Below the pieces are notes generated by a model that had not been told where the DNA came from, made no database searches, and worked only from the letters and a program-made list of their open reading frames with translations. A stretch of 64,000 nt of DNA from the NCBI RefSeq assembly GCF_009914755.1, contig NC_060929.1, one strand, 5' to 3'. Position 1 is the first letter of the stretch. Every line of letters starts with the position of its first letter. A program made the position numbers and the translations under genes. The stretch comes from the human T2T-CHM13v2.0 reference genome, Homo sapiens. Positions 1 to 15,317 of the stretch are shown here, piece by piece.

Positions 1-313
1 CTTTCTTTCTTTCTTTTTTTTTTTTTTTTTTTGCGATGGAATCTCGCTCTGCCACCAGCCTGGAGTGCAGCGGCTTGATCTCAGCTCCCTGCAATCTCGG
101 CCTCCTGGGTATAAGTGATTCCCCCCTGCCTCAGCCTCCTGAGTAGCTGGGACTACAGGTGCGCACCACCACACCTGGCTAATTTTTTGTATTTTAGTAG
201 AGACAGGGTTTCACCATGTTGGCCAGGACGGTCTGAATCTCCTGATCTCATGATCCGCTCACCTCACCCTCCCAAAGTGCTGGGATTACAGGTGTGAGCC
301 ACCGCGCCTGGCC
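1..313 (-). mobile_element. Alu (AluS-like)
   Basis: Poly-T then reverse-complement Alu dimer ending ...GCGCCTGGCC. Confidence 0.95.
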
Positions 314-319
314 TGCACT

Positions 320-470
320 GTTTCATTTGATTGTCACAACTTCATGAAGGAGATAACACTATTATATCCATAATTTTTTTCAGATGAGAAAGCAGAAGTT
401 TGGAGAGATTAAATACTTTTCCTAATTTAATGTATGTGAAGAAGCAGAGCCAGGACTTGAATATGACTCT
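320..470. mobile_element. MIR fragment
   Basis: CAGATGAGAAAGCAGAAG...AGAGCCAGGACTTGAA resembles the MIR core. Confidence 0.55.
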
Positions 471-485
471 TAACATCATAAAGTC

Positions 486-794
<309 letters not shown>

Positions 795-840
795 TAAAGT
801 CTTAATCACCACTTTAAATATTTCCTTAAGATATTGTTAA

Positions 841-1312
<472 letters not shown>

Positions 1313-1900
1313 TCACATCATTCGAGAAAAATCTTATTTCCTGCAAAATCAGAAATACTTCATCTGCAGTAGAAAATCATTTCAATGGGTTTGTGTTTAA
1401 GTTGGTACCATAAAATTAAACTTAGCTTAAACCTCACCTCCTCTGAGACTCTTCCTGATACCTCACTTCTGTTCTTAAATATCCCTTTTTAGTACCTGAT
1501 AGTGCCTATGCAAATCACCGAGTCACCTTTTTAATATTCTAACCTCCTGCGGTGTAGGCACCAGACTTTACTCAACTTTATATCCCCAATGTCTTTTACA
1601 GTGCTTGAATATAATCTGTGTGTAAAAAATACCTGCGAAGAATTAATCAGTTCAATGAATTTATGGCCAAATGACTGGCTTGATTGAAATGAAAGAAATC
1701 CAATTCGGTTCCTCTCAAAGGAAATCTCACAGCTGATATTATGATAATAAACAACCATTGTTTTTGTTCACATTAAGTAAACTAAATATTGGAGAAGTAA
1801 TTAAAACTCAAGAGGTGAGAATTCCGCCCCTAGATGTGAATATGAACAGATTTTGACAGTTTCCGCAGGAAAGCGCTGTACAGCCCAGGTTTTCAGTTCG

Positions 1901-1925
1901 GACGCCTGGTGGCACTACAGGCTAA
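1901..1925 (+). promoter_or_regulatory. Orphan CSE / putative CTCF site of relic 1
   Basis: GACGCCTGGTGGCACTACAGGCTAA, 23/25 identical to the PCDHB5 CSE and about 240 bp upstream of relic 1. Confidence 0.8.
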
Positions 1926-2148
1926 AAAGTAGGAGGAGGAGGAGCCCTGCATTTGCCTGCAGACTCCATCTTAGAAAAGACAAAATCTGAAAGGTGCTGG
2001 GAACAGATACGAGTTGGAAAACGTCCGCAGCGAGCTCAGATTTTAGAGCTTTCTTCAAACGAATGGGGACTACACAAATGTTTGGAAGTCTTACAGGACT
2101 TCCGAAGACTTCATTTACTAAAGGCAATGCACTCAGAGGATATACAGG

Positions 2149-3358
2149 AAATTGTGCGAGAAAAAAATCTGGCAGAAAACGCAGGTGGTGGGTTTTCATT
2201 TTCTTCCCGGGTGTAGCGCAGGCGGCCCAGGAAAAGGAAAACTGCTTTTTTATGGTCAGGGTTTCTGGAGATTGGCGCTGGCGGCGGAAAGGGGAGCGGC
2301 GGGAGGACAGACTGGAGCAGGATAGTTTCCAAAGAGACCAAATAATATTTCAGATCGACCCACAGAAGAGTCCTTGCTCTCAAGTAGAAAATCGGACCTA
2401 TAGGAGCCCTGCATTTCCAAGAATTACCTGTATTTAAAAAAAAAAAAAATTTGTCTTTTGAGAAAAATCTGTGTCTGAGGTGTAACCGTTTCCTCCTTTG
2501 AAAAATTCTTCTGAATGTTCCAGAATGTGCACCAGGAACATGTATGAGGTTTGGGTAAATTTTCCATCATTGGAAACTACACACTCATTTTCAATTTCCA
2601 TGTTCACAATAATGTGCTGTGCAATATTGGGGTAAGTAATTTGTCCATACGCGTGAAAAAAATCGCTGGATGAACCACAGCCCAAGGTAAGTTTAACTCT
2701 CCCAGAGAAGAATGGTAGATATCTGAGACCTCCTAAGTCCAAGTCATGACAATCAATGACAATCTTTGAGATGCAGGTCTCACAGCAACCGGCTGAAGAT
2801 TTAGTCTGAGTAAATAATTATGAATCGGCTCTCAGAATTCTCCAGGCTCACTGAATTCTGCAACCTCTGGAGAGCATTTTAAATGCTAGCAGAACATTTT
2901 AAATACCACTGATACCCCATGCATCATAAGCATCCACTGCAAGAGAATTACCAGGAAATTTCAGTGCCACGTGGCAAATACTCAGGCAATTACAAGCAGA
3001 AATAGTTTCAGAAATTGTTTCTTCATGTGAAGGACGGTGGAAGACCATGCCATTGGATGACAATCACATAGAATTGGTCATGTTGACACTTATCTGCCTC
3101 ATCCTGGAGCACTTCTGGGAAGACTTCATCTGTTTAAGAACCATAATCTCAGCACCCTGAGATAAAACAACAACAACAACAAAAACAAAACAAAACAAGA
3201 AAAAGCTTTGATCCTTCCTACCAGAGTTTTCTTTTCATTGGATATTTAAAATATTCCATAATCTGACAACCTAATAATGCAAACCAGAAAAGAGAGCTAC
3301 ACGCAACATCACTGTATTTCCAATGAAATTAGGTTCCAGGAAGCTCAAAACAAGACAG
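2149..3358 (+). pseudogene. Decayed protocadherin-beta relic 1 (signal peptide to EC4)
   Basis: Collinear peptides across frameshifts: QKTQVV (2173; cf QKRQV), FIFFPGVAQA, RIVSKETK (cf RVVSKGNK), KILLNVPECAPGT (2502; cf [14 protein letters not shown]), NYTLIFNFHVH (2575), SLDEPQPKVSLTL (2663), VQVMTINDN (2737), KDGG (3030), LDDNHIELVMLTLI (3053; cf [14 protein letters not shown]), NITVFPMKLGSRKLKT (3305; cf [16 protein letters not shown]). Confidence 0.85.
3164..3205. repeat. (CAA)n/(CAAAA)n simple repeat inside relic 1
   Basis: AAAACAACAACAACAACAAAAACAAAACAAAACAAG. Confidence 0.8.
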
Positions 3359-4512
3359 TAGGTAGAGACAGCTATCATCCTTGGCGTTCTTCCTTTTGGA
3401 TTCTGGATAAAAGGTAGAGGAATAACAGCACCGTTCTGAATGTTTTGGTTATTTTATGGCTCTAATTTCCATCGTGTTTTTTTTCTGAAGCATAGCTAAT
3501 TGTTCATTAACAGTTAACAGATATTGATGGCTTAGCTATTTTTATCTTTTTATCTATTTCACAAAGGTCTATTTAGAATCTAGTAGTGTATTTCCTCTTT
3601 ATTGTTAAGCACAGAAAAGGAACGCATTTTTTTCTGCTCATGCCTAGTTTCCTTTGATCTTTCTCAAAGGTAAATTACCCCTAAAACTTTGAGTAGACTG
3701 TCCTAGCAGATATTCTGAAGCTTGACAAGGAAATTCATCCCACTTCAATCCATAAAATGATAGTCTTCGTAACTTCTCAAAGAAGGTCAAGCTATTTATT
3801 TTAAAGTCATCTTTTGCTTTTCTTGATATTTCGTAAATGATGGCTGACAAGTTGTGATAGTCTACTTTTCAGCAGGACTGGTCTCCATTTACTTAGTTTA
3901 AGTAACTATTTACTTGATTACTATTATTAATATATGGTTTTAACTTTTTATTTGAAATAGTCATTTGATGATTTTGGTGATATTGATGACCACGAAATCA
4001 AATGGAGATATACAACTACAAGAAAAAAAACTGTAGAAATAAATGTCTTTTTCGTTATTTAAGACGTAAATCAACTGAGTTGCTGTGTAGCTTATTTATG
4101 TCAATGTTAAATTTGTGTTTGTTAATTTTTACTGTTTCCTTATTAAACATCAAAAATGATTAATTCTTTGGCAATTAATATCATAGCATATCCAGTACAT
4201 TAAATGTCATGTAAAACAGACCGACAAAACAATCTTATCTTTTTTTTCTTTATGTCAGTGTTTAATACTCTCCTGTATGGCTTAGGAAAATTAAAGAAGA
4301 TACAACAGAATATGCCTCAAATAAGACCTATTTGTTGATATTTAATATATTTATGATAGTTGCTGATAAAATGAAAACAGACATTATTCAATACACTGGA
4401 TAATAATTACATAAATACAAAGTGTTTGGTGTTTTCATTTGCCTTTCTCAAATACTTTTTTTCTTTCTAGAGAGTTTAATGCACTGACGGGGGGTGGGGG
4501 GCGGTCCTATAA

Positions 4513-4529
4513 TGGCACTGCAGGCTCAA
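4513..4529 (+). promoter_or_regulatory. Degenerate half-CSE upstream of relic 2
   Basis: TGGCACTGCAGGCTCAA matches the 3' half of the CSE (TGGCGCTGCAGGCTAAG); the 5' half is diverged. Confidence 0.55.
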
Positions 4530-4699
4530 ATGGTGGTTAAAGCAGATTGCAAATACAGTGCTGTATGTTTCATATTATATTACCCTGTCTGTGAAAGTTG
4601 TATTGGATGTCTAAGATTCTGGTGGCATAAGTAATAGAAACATTAGGGTGATCAGAGTTTGTGTAGGACCATATTTGCTGGAAGGTGTTAGAAGAAGGA

Positions 4700-6660
4700 A
4701 TAATGTAATACTTAAAGCCCAGTCTAAAACAAAGTGTGATTCTGTTTTACTAAGCATGTACCATTCAGGATACTGAACTGCAGAATTCTGTTCCAGAGGT
4801 GCTGGAGAGTGGTTCCTTCATTGCTAATTTTGCAGAGATTTTGGGCCTTAGGATGGGGAACTTGAGAGGTATGGGGAGCGAGAGGGTAATTCATGTTTCT
4901 ATAGATTTAAAAAACTGCATTTTCAAATCAAAAGACTCAGGAGTGGGTACTAAATAGAAATTGGATCCATCTGTGAGTCTCAAAGCACCTTGGAAAAATG
5001 TAACTCATTTGAGTTACTCATTTGCCTTGAGAAAGGTAACTTGGAAAAATGAGTTACATTTTTACAAGGTGCCTTGGACTCACAGATATAGCCATTCACT
5101 AGTGTGTATTACTGGATCTAGGAATGCTGCAAAAAATCAAGGAGAGCATCTTGTAGAGACCATATAGATGGCAGAACATGTAGACAGAGCAGTATTCATA
5201 AGTATATTTTGAATCCTAATTCCCATGTCTTCTCTTCTGTTTGCTTAGAGAATGGTGGCAGAAAATATCCTGAATGAGGATGGGCAATTTTCTCAGTGGA
5301 AAGAAATGGGTTGAGGTTAATTTAACTATCATGATATTGGATGGTGGGTCCCCACATAGATCCAAATCTGCATTGGTCTTCACCAAAGTTGTGGGTTATC
5401 AGTGATTTTACTCAGCTGTAATATATAGTAGTTCAGTACAGTAATCCCAGAAAAAAAGTTTTTCCTCCCTGGCTATCACTTTTCTATCAGGAATTTGGAT
5501 ACAAGGTATAATATAAAACTATCTTTAAGGTTTTACCGGGCTACTGAAGACTTAATGAAAACTTTAATAAAGCATTTACATTGGTATAAAAGTACCAAAA
5601 GCAAACCCATCACTCAAACCCGTAAATTCCAAGGCTATACTAATCTACAGTGTGGATTCTGAGATCATCAATAATTAAAGACTCTAGAAAATGTAACTTC
5701 TTGCTGTAAAAGACAGTCCACTCCTAATCATCATGTCATCATTTATGAACTAGGTCCCAAGGAGCCATATCTGCTTTAAGACCATATCTGCTGTTTCCTG
5801 TGTTTCAGATCCAGATCACAGAAAAAAAAATAGATATTTGGGCTTCATAATACCACCTTCCCTTCACCCTAAAGCCTTCAATAGAGGTAGATTAAAGACA
5901 AGTACAATTCTATGATTACTGCCAGAGATCTGGAGTTACTGTAAGCTGAAAGGAAACAATATAACCAGGTCTTCATTTTCACCAAACTGCCTCTGCACTT
6001 ATCAAGTATGAAAACACAGCCCTAGAGTGTGCATTTTAGCAGCACACTGCCATAAACAGAGACTTAGAAAAACACCCAAGTAACTTATTTGCTTCTGGTT
6101 TCCCAGGATGTGCAGTACTCCATGACAGTGGACACAAAGAATCTGTTTGTAAGGCCCATAAGAGTCAAGTTCTGTATGAGAGAAACAGACACTACTACTA
6201 CCATGAGCTAGCAGCATGGTGTTGGTGTGGTTGGTAATATTTGATGGCAATGGCAATTCTCCTTTGTGTTATATTTAATGCAGAACGGATTATGTGATGT
6301 TCAAGGTGGTGGCAGTAGAAGGAGACTAGGTCTGGAAGGTCTTCATGTCCTATCAGTTACTCAAAGACTTGAGTCTCCATCTGTATAGCGTGTTAGCCCA
6401 ACACTGGGAAGTGTGCACACTAGGTTTGTGAGTGATGGTAATCTAGCCAATCATAGACTTCAGGTTATGGTCAAGGACACTGAGATGCCACCTATGTATT
6501 CCAGATTCAGACAACAACTGCTGCTGGTCAGCTGTTTCTTTCAGCTCTACTGGCTACATCTTGACAGACCTCAGGAATATGGGGTCTGTCACTTAGATTC
6601 CTCACTTAGCATATACTATGGTTTTAGTATTCCTTTGTTTTCTTGTTGGCCTGCTTCTTT
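4700..6660 (+). pseudogene. Decayed protocadherin-beta relic 2 (EC1 to EC6/juxtamembrane)
   Basis: NSVPEVLESGSFIANFAEILGL (4784; cf [22 protein letters not shown]), KYILNPNSH (5200), GGRKYPE* (5254), LDGGSPHRSKSALV (5337), AVSCVSDPD (5790), LPFTLKPSIE, TQVTYLLL, IFDGNGNSP, KVVAVEGD*, SYQLLK, HRLQVMVKD (ORF 6413). Many stops and deletions; ends approximate. Confidence 0.92.
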
Positions 6661-6708
6661 ACACAGTAGATGTTCAAATAATTACTGTGATATGAAAATA
6701 TGTTATAA

Positions 6709-7186
<478 letters not shown>

Positions 7187-7576
7187 CATATTTTCTTTTA
7201 AAGTAAAATTTCAATAGTGATCTTAGTGAAAATTCAATCATCTACCAGATTACCTAAACCTGATTTAAGTTTTAACCTATTTTAATCATAAAAAAAAGTC
7301 TGAGATTTTTGGAAGAGGTCATACCTCTGTCTCTCTCATCTCTATTTCCATCTATATCTGTCTATCTAGCTTTATCTGCAGTCCTGGTCAAGATTTTTAT
7401 TTTCAAGGGGACAGATTGTCCTAATAGACTCTGATGGTTCTCCTTAAACAAAATTGGGCAAGATTCTTGTGCAGGTATCATTTTAAAAACCTTTTCTTGC
7501 TTATTTGTACTGTGGGAAGAGAATAAACAACACCATTTCCCCTTTTTGAGTTATATTTATTTCTTGTTTCATTTGC

Positions 7577-7892
7577 TTGTTTGTTTGTTGTTGTTGTTGT
7601 TGTTTGAGACAGGGTGTCGCTCTGTCTCCCAAGCTGGAGTGCAGTGGTGTGATCTCGGCTTACTGCAACCTCTGCCTCCAGGGCACAAGTGACGCTAACA
7701 CCCCAGCCCCCTATGTAGCTGGGACTATGGGCGTGAGCCACCACACCTGGCTGATTTTTTTTTTTTTTTTTTGGTAGACATGGGGCTTTGCCACATTGCA
7801 GGCTGGTCTTCAAAACTCCTGGACTCAAGCAATCCACCCATCTTGGACTCCCAAAGTGCTGGGATTACAGGTGTGAGCCACCACGTGTAGCC
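7577..7892 (-). mobile_element. Alu (AluJ-like) with (GTT)n tail
   Basis: Reverse Alu with GGACTCAAGCAATCC J-type segment. Confidence 0.9.
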
Positions 7893-9619
7893 GACCTTTA
7901 TTTTGAAATCTTGTTTGCTTGAGCTTCATGAAATGTATGTCTTGATAGATTATGGGGAAACTTATTTGTATCCTCAATAAGGTAAAAGTAAATTAGTTGA
8001 ATATGCCCCCAATTTTCACACTAGATTAGGGTAATAAACTATGCCAGAACACTCCCTTCTTGTCCTAGAATATTTCTCTTATATTTTCTGCAGAATCTTA
8101 GTGTTAGATCACTGAAAACCCCTCCTTCTTCTGCCATCTTATGGCTGAGTAAGTAAAGCCAGCTTGTGGGCAGAAGGCATTGAAAGGCTGAAGATCCCTC
8201 TCTATTGAAAGAGGGATACTAGTGGGGATAATATCTCCATATCATTTGGCATTATCTTTGATAGGAAAATGGTCATGTAAATCCCTTTGACTACCCTTTC
8301 TCCTAATTCTTGTAATTTTCATCTCATGGCAGTCAAAAGATCAAATCACCCTTTAGTCCAAAAAAGAGAGAGGCAAGCTTAATTATGACAGATACTCAAA
8401 CAATGTGTTCTTATTTAGTTTTTGAATGGCTGTACTTTTGTAATAAGACTGTAATGACTTGCTTTCATTTTTGGTATGTTTTTGAAAATATTTTTCTATT
8501 CCTGTATATGAAATTATTTGTGTAACATTTTAATATGTTAGATTTTATTAAATGAATCTTCAAAATTATGAAAGTGACTCCTAGGATAATGTCTCTGCTT
8601 GTGCAGCATATGAAAAGTAAAGCGAAACCTAAGAAATTAAACCTACTGTAATAACATAATTTTTAAATTATGCAATAGATTCCCCTCATTATAATATAAA
8701 TAATTACTATATGTAAACATATTTCATTCAGACTTATAAATATGCTATAAATTATAATCTAATATATATGATTCCTTATTAAAGGAGATTAAGAAAATAA
8801 GAGCATTTGTAAAGAAGGAAGGTGTATTCTCATCAAGGTTTAAGAAAATAAATGATTTAAAATAGCATAGCGGATATAATGCATTTAAAGCTGGAAACCT
8901 ATATACGAATATAAAATATTGGTGTTGGTTATATAATCTTTGAAAAAGAGAAACTTACTTCTATTTCTAGGTGTGTTAATAGCATTGAAATGAAAGATGG
9001 GTAAAACCTTCTGAATTGTGAGGACACATGACAACATGAGAGGTTTTAAAATTTTTTTCACAATAAAACCTAATGTGTTCTTGGTTATTGTATCCTCTGA
9101 AATATCTTAGATATTAAGTTTTCTATTCTCCAGCTTGTGAGAAGAGATTATGTTATTTTCTTCATATTACCTATTTTCCTCTCCTTTATGTTATCCCAAA
9201 TTAACCATAACTGCTTTAGTTCAGAAAACCTGTCCAAAGGAAATAGCCATATACCTGGTTAAATATAAAATTTCGAGTAACCTACCAGTTATAATTTGCC
9301 TGTATGATATAACTGATCTTCACTACATCTATTTCGGACCCTAATCAGGTTTTGCAGATTATATAAAAAGCTGTTTTTAAAGACTTGGACCTTGGGTGTT
9401 ATTCACCTCAATGAATTTGTTTAATGCTCAATGTCAATGAATTAACATATTTTGAATTATTATAACATCCATATAAAAGTAATAATCATGGAAAGCAAAA
9501 AATAATATCAACAGGTAGAGATAGGCATTTGTTTTCTAAATGTTAAGAAAAGGAACCTGTGATTATCCTTTTTTTAGCCAGTTACAAGATGATAAATGAG
9601 AGCTTTTTAAAATATTATG

Positions 9620-10230
9620 CTATTGTTACATTTAATAAATCATCCAGTCCAGTTTTCTGAAAATACAGGGGATAGAAGAACAGGTTAAATGATACCATGA
9701 GGAAACAATCAAATTTGGAATGTAGGACATCCTACAAAACAACTAGTCTGGACACTTCAGAAATCTAATGTCATTAAAGATGGGGGAGTATTCTAGAGTA
9801 AATAGATCTAATAGCCAAATACAATTATCAAAGTTGGTTGAAAAAGTTTCTAAGACATTCCTTATAACAAATAGTTAAAAAAGTAAGTGCATTTGTCAAA
9901 GGAACTTGAGTGAGTGTGAATTCTTATCAAAATTGAGGAAAAGATAATGGAAAGACAGTGAAATTTGATTGGGGCTGGATTTTAGATAACTGTAGAATTT
10001 TTTTAAATTTTCTTAGGTATGATAGAACCATTATGATTATATGAGATAATATTATAATTATGTGATACCTGCTGAAATATTTAGAGGTGAAATATGATGT
10101 CTGCAAGTTACTTTCATATAAGTCATCAGAAAAGCGGGTGTGTGTACAGAATAAGATAGAACAAATATGGTAAAATATAAACAATTGTTAAGTTTGGATG
10201 GAGGTTAGAGTTGTAGTTTATGTATAGTTC
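9620..10230 (+). mobile_element. Old L1M 3' region fragment
   Basis: Resembles L1MC/ME 3' UTR (GAAATATTTAGAGGTGAAATATGATGTCTGCAAGTTACTTTC). Boundaries approximate. Confidence 0.5.
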
Positions 10231-10298
10231 TTTTAACTGTTCTATATATTTAATTTTTTTCTTCATCCCCCAATTTTTTAACCCAATGGATCTTTTAG

Positions 10299-10584
<286 letters not shown>

Positions 10585-10589
10585 AAAAT

Positions 10590-11060
10590 TATTTTTTAAA
10601 GCAGCCTTAGAGTTTACAGAAAATTGAGCAAATAGTACAAACAGTTCCCCTCACATACCGATTTTCTCCCACTCAAAGTTTCCCTGTTATCAAAATCTTG
10701 CATTACTGTGGTACATTTGTTACAATTGATGAGCCAATACTGGTAAATTATTAACTAAATTTCATAGTTTAGTGTTCACTCTTTGTGTTGTATAGTTCTG
10801 TGGATTTTGACAACGGCATAATGTCATGTATCTACCATTGTAGTATCGTAAAGTACCCCATGTTTAACCTCTTCATCCCCCTCCCTCTTCTTCCTAGCTA
10901 TCACTTGTCTTTTAAATGTCTCTATAATTTGGCCTTTTTCAGAGTATCATGTAATTTGAATTATACAGTATCATTGCCTTTTCAGACTGGATTCTTTCAC
11001 TGAGAAATATGCATTTAAGTTTCCTTCATGTCATTCTGTGGCTTGATAACTTCTTTATAT
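10590..11060 (-). mobile_element. Old L1M (L1MC/MD-like) 3' fragment
   Basis: GTGGTACATTTGTTACAATTGATGAGCCAATACT and TTTCAGACTGGATTCTTTCACT are typical of reverse L1M 3' ends. Confidence 0.65.
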
Positions 11061-11865
11061 TAACATTAAAAAAGAAACAAAAAGACAAAATTAAAAAACC
11101 TAACAACAAACAATGACATATATACCCTGTTTGGAAGCAGATTGAAGAAACCATCACTGAAAAGACATTTTTAAAGATAATTGGGGAAACTGGAATATTT
11201 ACTGGCTATTTAATATTATGAAATTGCTCTTTGCTAGATGTGGTAATTGAATTGAGGTTATGTTGAAAGTTCTCCTAGGCATTAGAAAGGAAAATAATAT
11301 TGATACATTTACAATAAGGAAATATCTGGCTGCTCTTGGAGAGTTTCATGAGGCTCAGACACATCAAAGTTCAGGAAAATGTGAAGTGGGAGCAGTGCAA
11401 AGAAAGAAATATGAGTAAGGAGACTATTTCAGTGCCCATTAAAATACTCTTATTTGGATTCTGTGCTTTTCCTGGGTCTCTGTTTTTCAGCTGGGTTTGA
11501 GTGTGATGATGGTAATCTAACCACCACTGAGTTGCACACATGCCCAAACTCTGAATAAAAATAGAACTTTCTTAGTCTAAGCCTTCTTTCCGAAGCATGC
11601 TAGGACTGAGATCACTCCCTTCCAGGTTCTGAAATTTATTTTTTCCAGTTTGAAAAAAAAAAAAAGCTTGGATTTGTGAGGGAAGTGAAGATTTATTTAT
11701 TCTTGCCCTGTCTCTATGGGTGCAATGAAGAGCCTTTCGAAACGCCAATAAGACTTCGGTACACTGAGAGACACTACTTGAAAATACTCAATTTCGATTG
11801 CCATCAGCCTGAAAGAAAGCACTGGGATTTTCTTAAAGTTTAGGAGAAAATAAATACTCGGAAGA

Positions 11866-11891
11866 GACGCGGGGTGGCGCTGCAGCCTTAG
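11866..11891 (+). promoter_or_regulatory. PCDHB2 promoter CSE (CGCT box / CTCF site)
   Basis: GACGCGGGGTGGCGCTGCAGCCTTAG; TGGCGCT core 234 bp before the ATG. Same motif and spacing in all four genes. Confidence 0.88.
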
Positions 11892-12069
11892 AAGTAGCAG
11901 AAACAAAGCACCCAGCCGACGCTCCCTTACCCAGATACTCAGCTAAAGAAGCAGCAAGCAGGAAGAGGAGGCTTTCTAAGGCGGTCGCTCCGGGAAATCC
12001 GGGCCCTAGGATTGTCCACTCATCCCAGTATCAGCGAGATACGGGGAGATAGAGTTAGCGACAACGTGA

Positions 12070-14505
<2,436 letters not shown>

Positions 14506-14669
14506 GTGTTAATAAGGATCTACTGAGGCTAGTCTCGTTTAATTTGTGGAAAGTCCTTTTTTACTGCTTTGCCCATTGGAGGTGTCTCCTTTTATTAGAA
14601 AGTAACCATCTTATTCCAATTCTATGCATGTTACTGGTATTTATAAATGTATGAGTTTTTTTGCGGTAT

Positions 14670-14675
14670 AATAAA
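14670..14675 (+). terminator. Candidate polyadenylation signal of PCDHB2
   Basis: AATAAA 165 bp after the stop, followed by T/GT-rich sequence. Use not demonstrable from sequence. Confidence 0.4.
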
Positions 14676-14955
14676 TGTAAATTTTCTTTGTATTCTAATT
14701 GTTGGTTAGTTTCATTGCAATTTAATTGCATTTAAAGTGTAAAAGTAAATTTTGTATTTTCAGAAATCTTTAAGTTAGAGCATCTTTTCCAGACCTCACA
14801 GTCTATGGTCCTAGATAATTTTGAAGTCCTACATTTGAAAATATTTGTTATCATTACATGAGTTATATTTTCCAGCCCAGAATATTTGTGTTTTTTATAT
14901 CCTCTTAGGCTAGTGTAAATTCTATCCTGTGAATTCACATTGGCTAACCCTTTAA

Positions 14956-15317
<362 letters not shown>

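Noticed and set aside
1994-2437. 147-aa ORF as a novel protein
   Set aside because: Non-ATG start; it drifts in and out of frame with relic 1. No independent coding evidence.
7900-9600. Search for additional cadherin relics here and at 36300-38900 and 43700-44200
   Set aside because: No collinear cadherin motifs found by eye; a profile search would be needed to exclude very decayed remnants.
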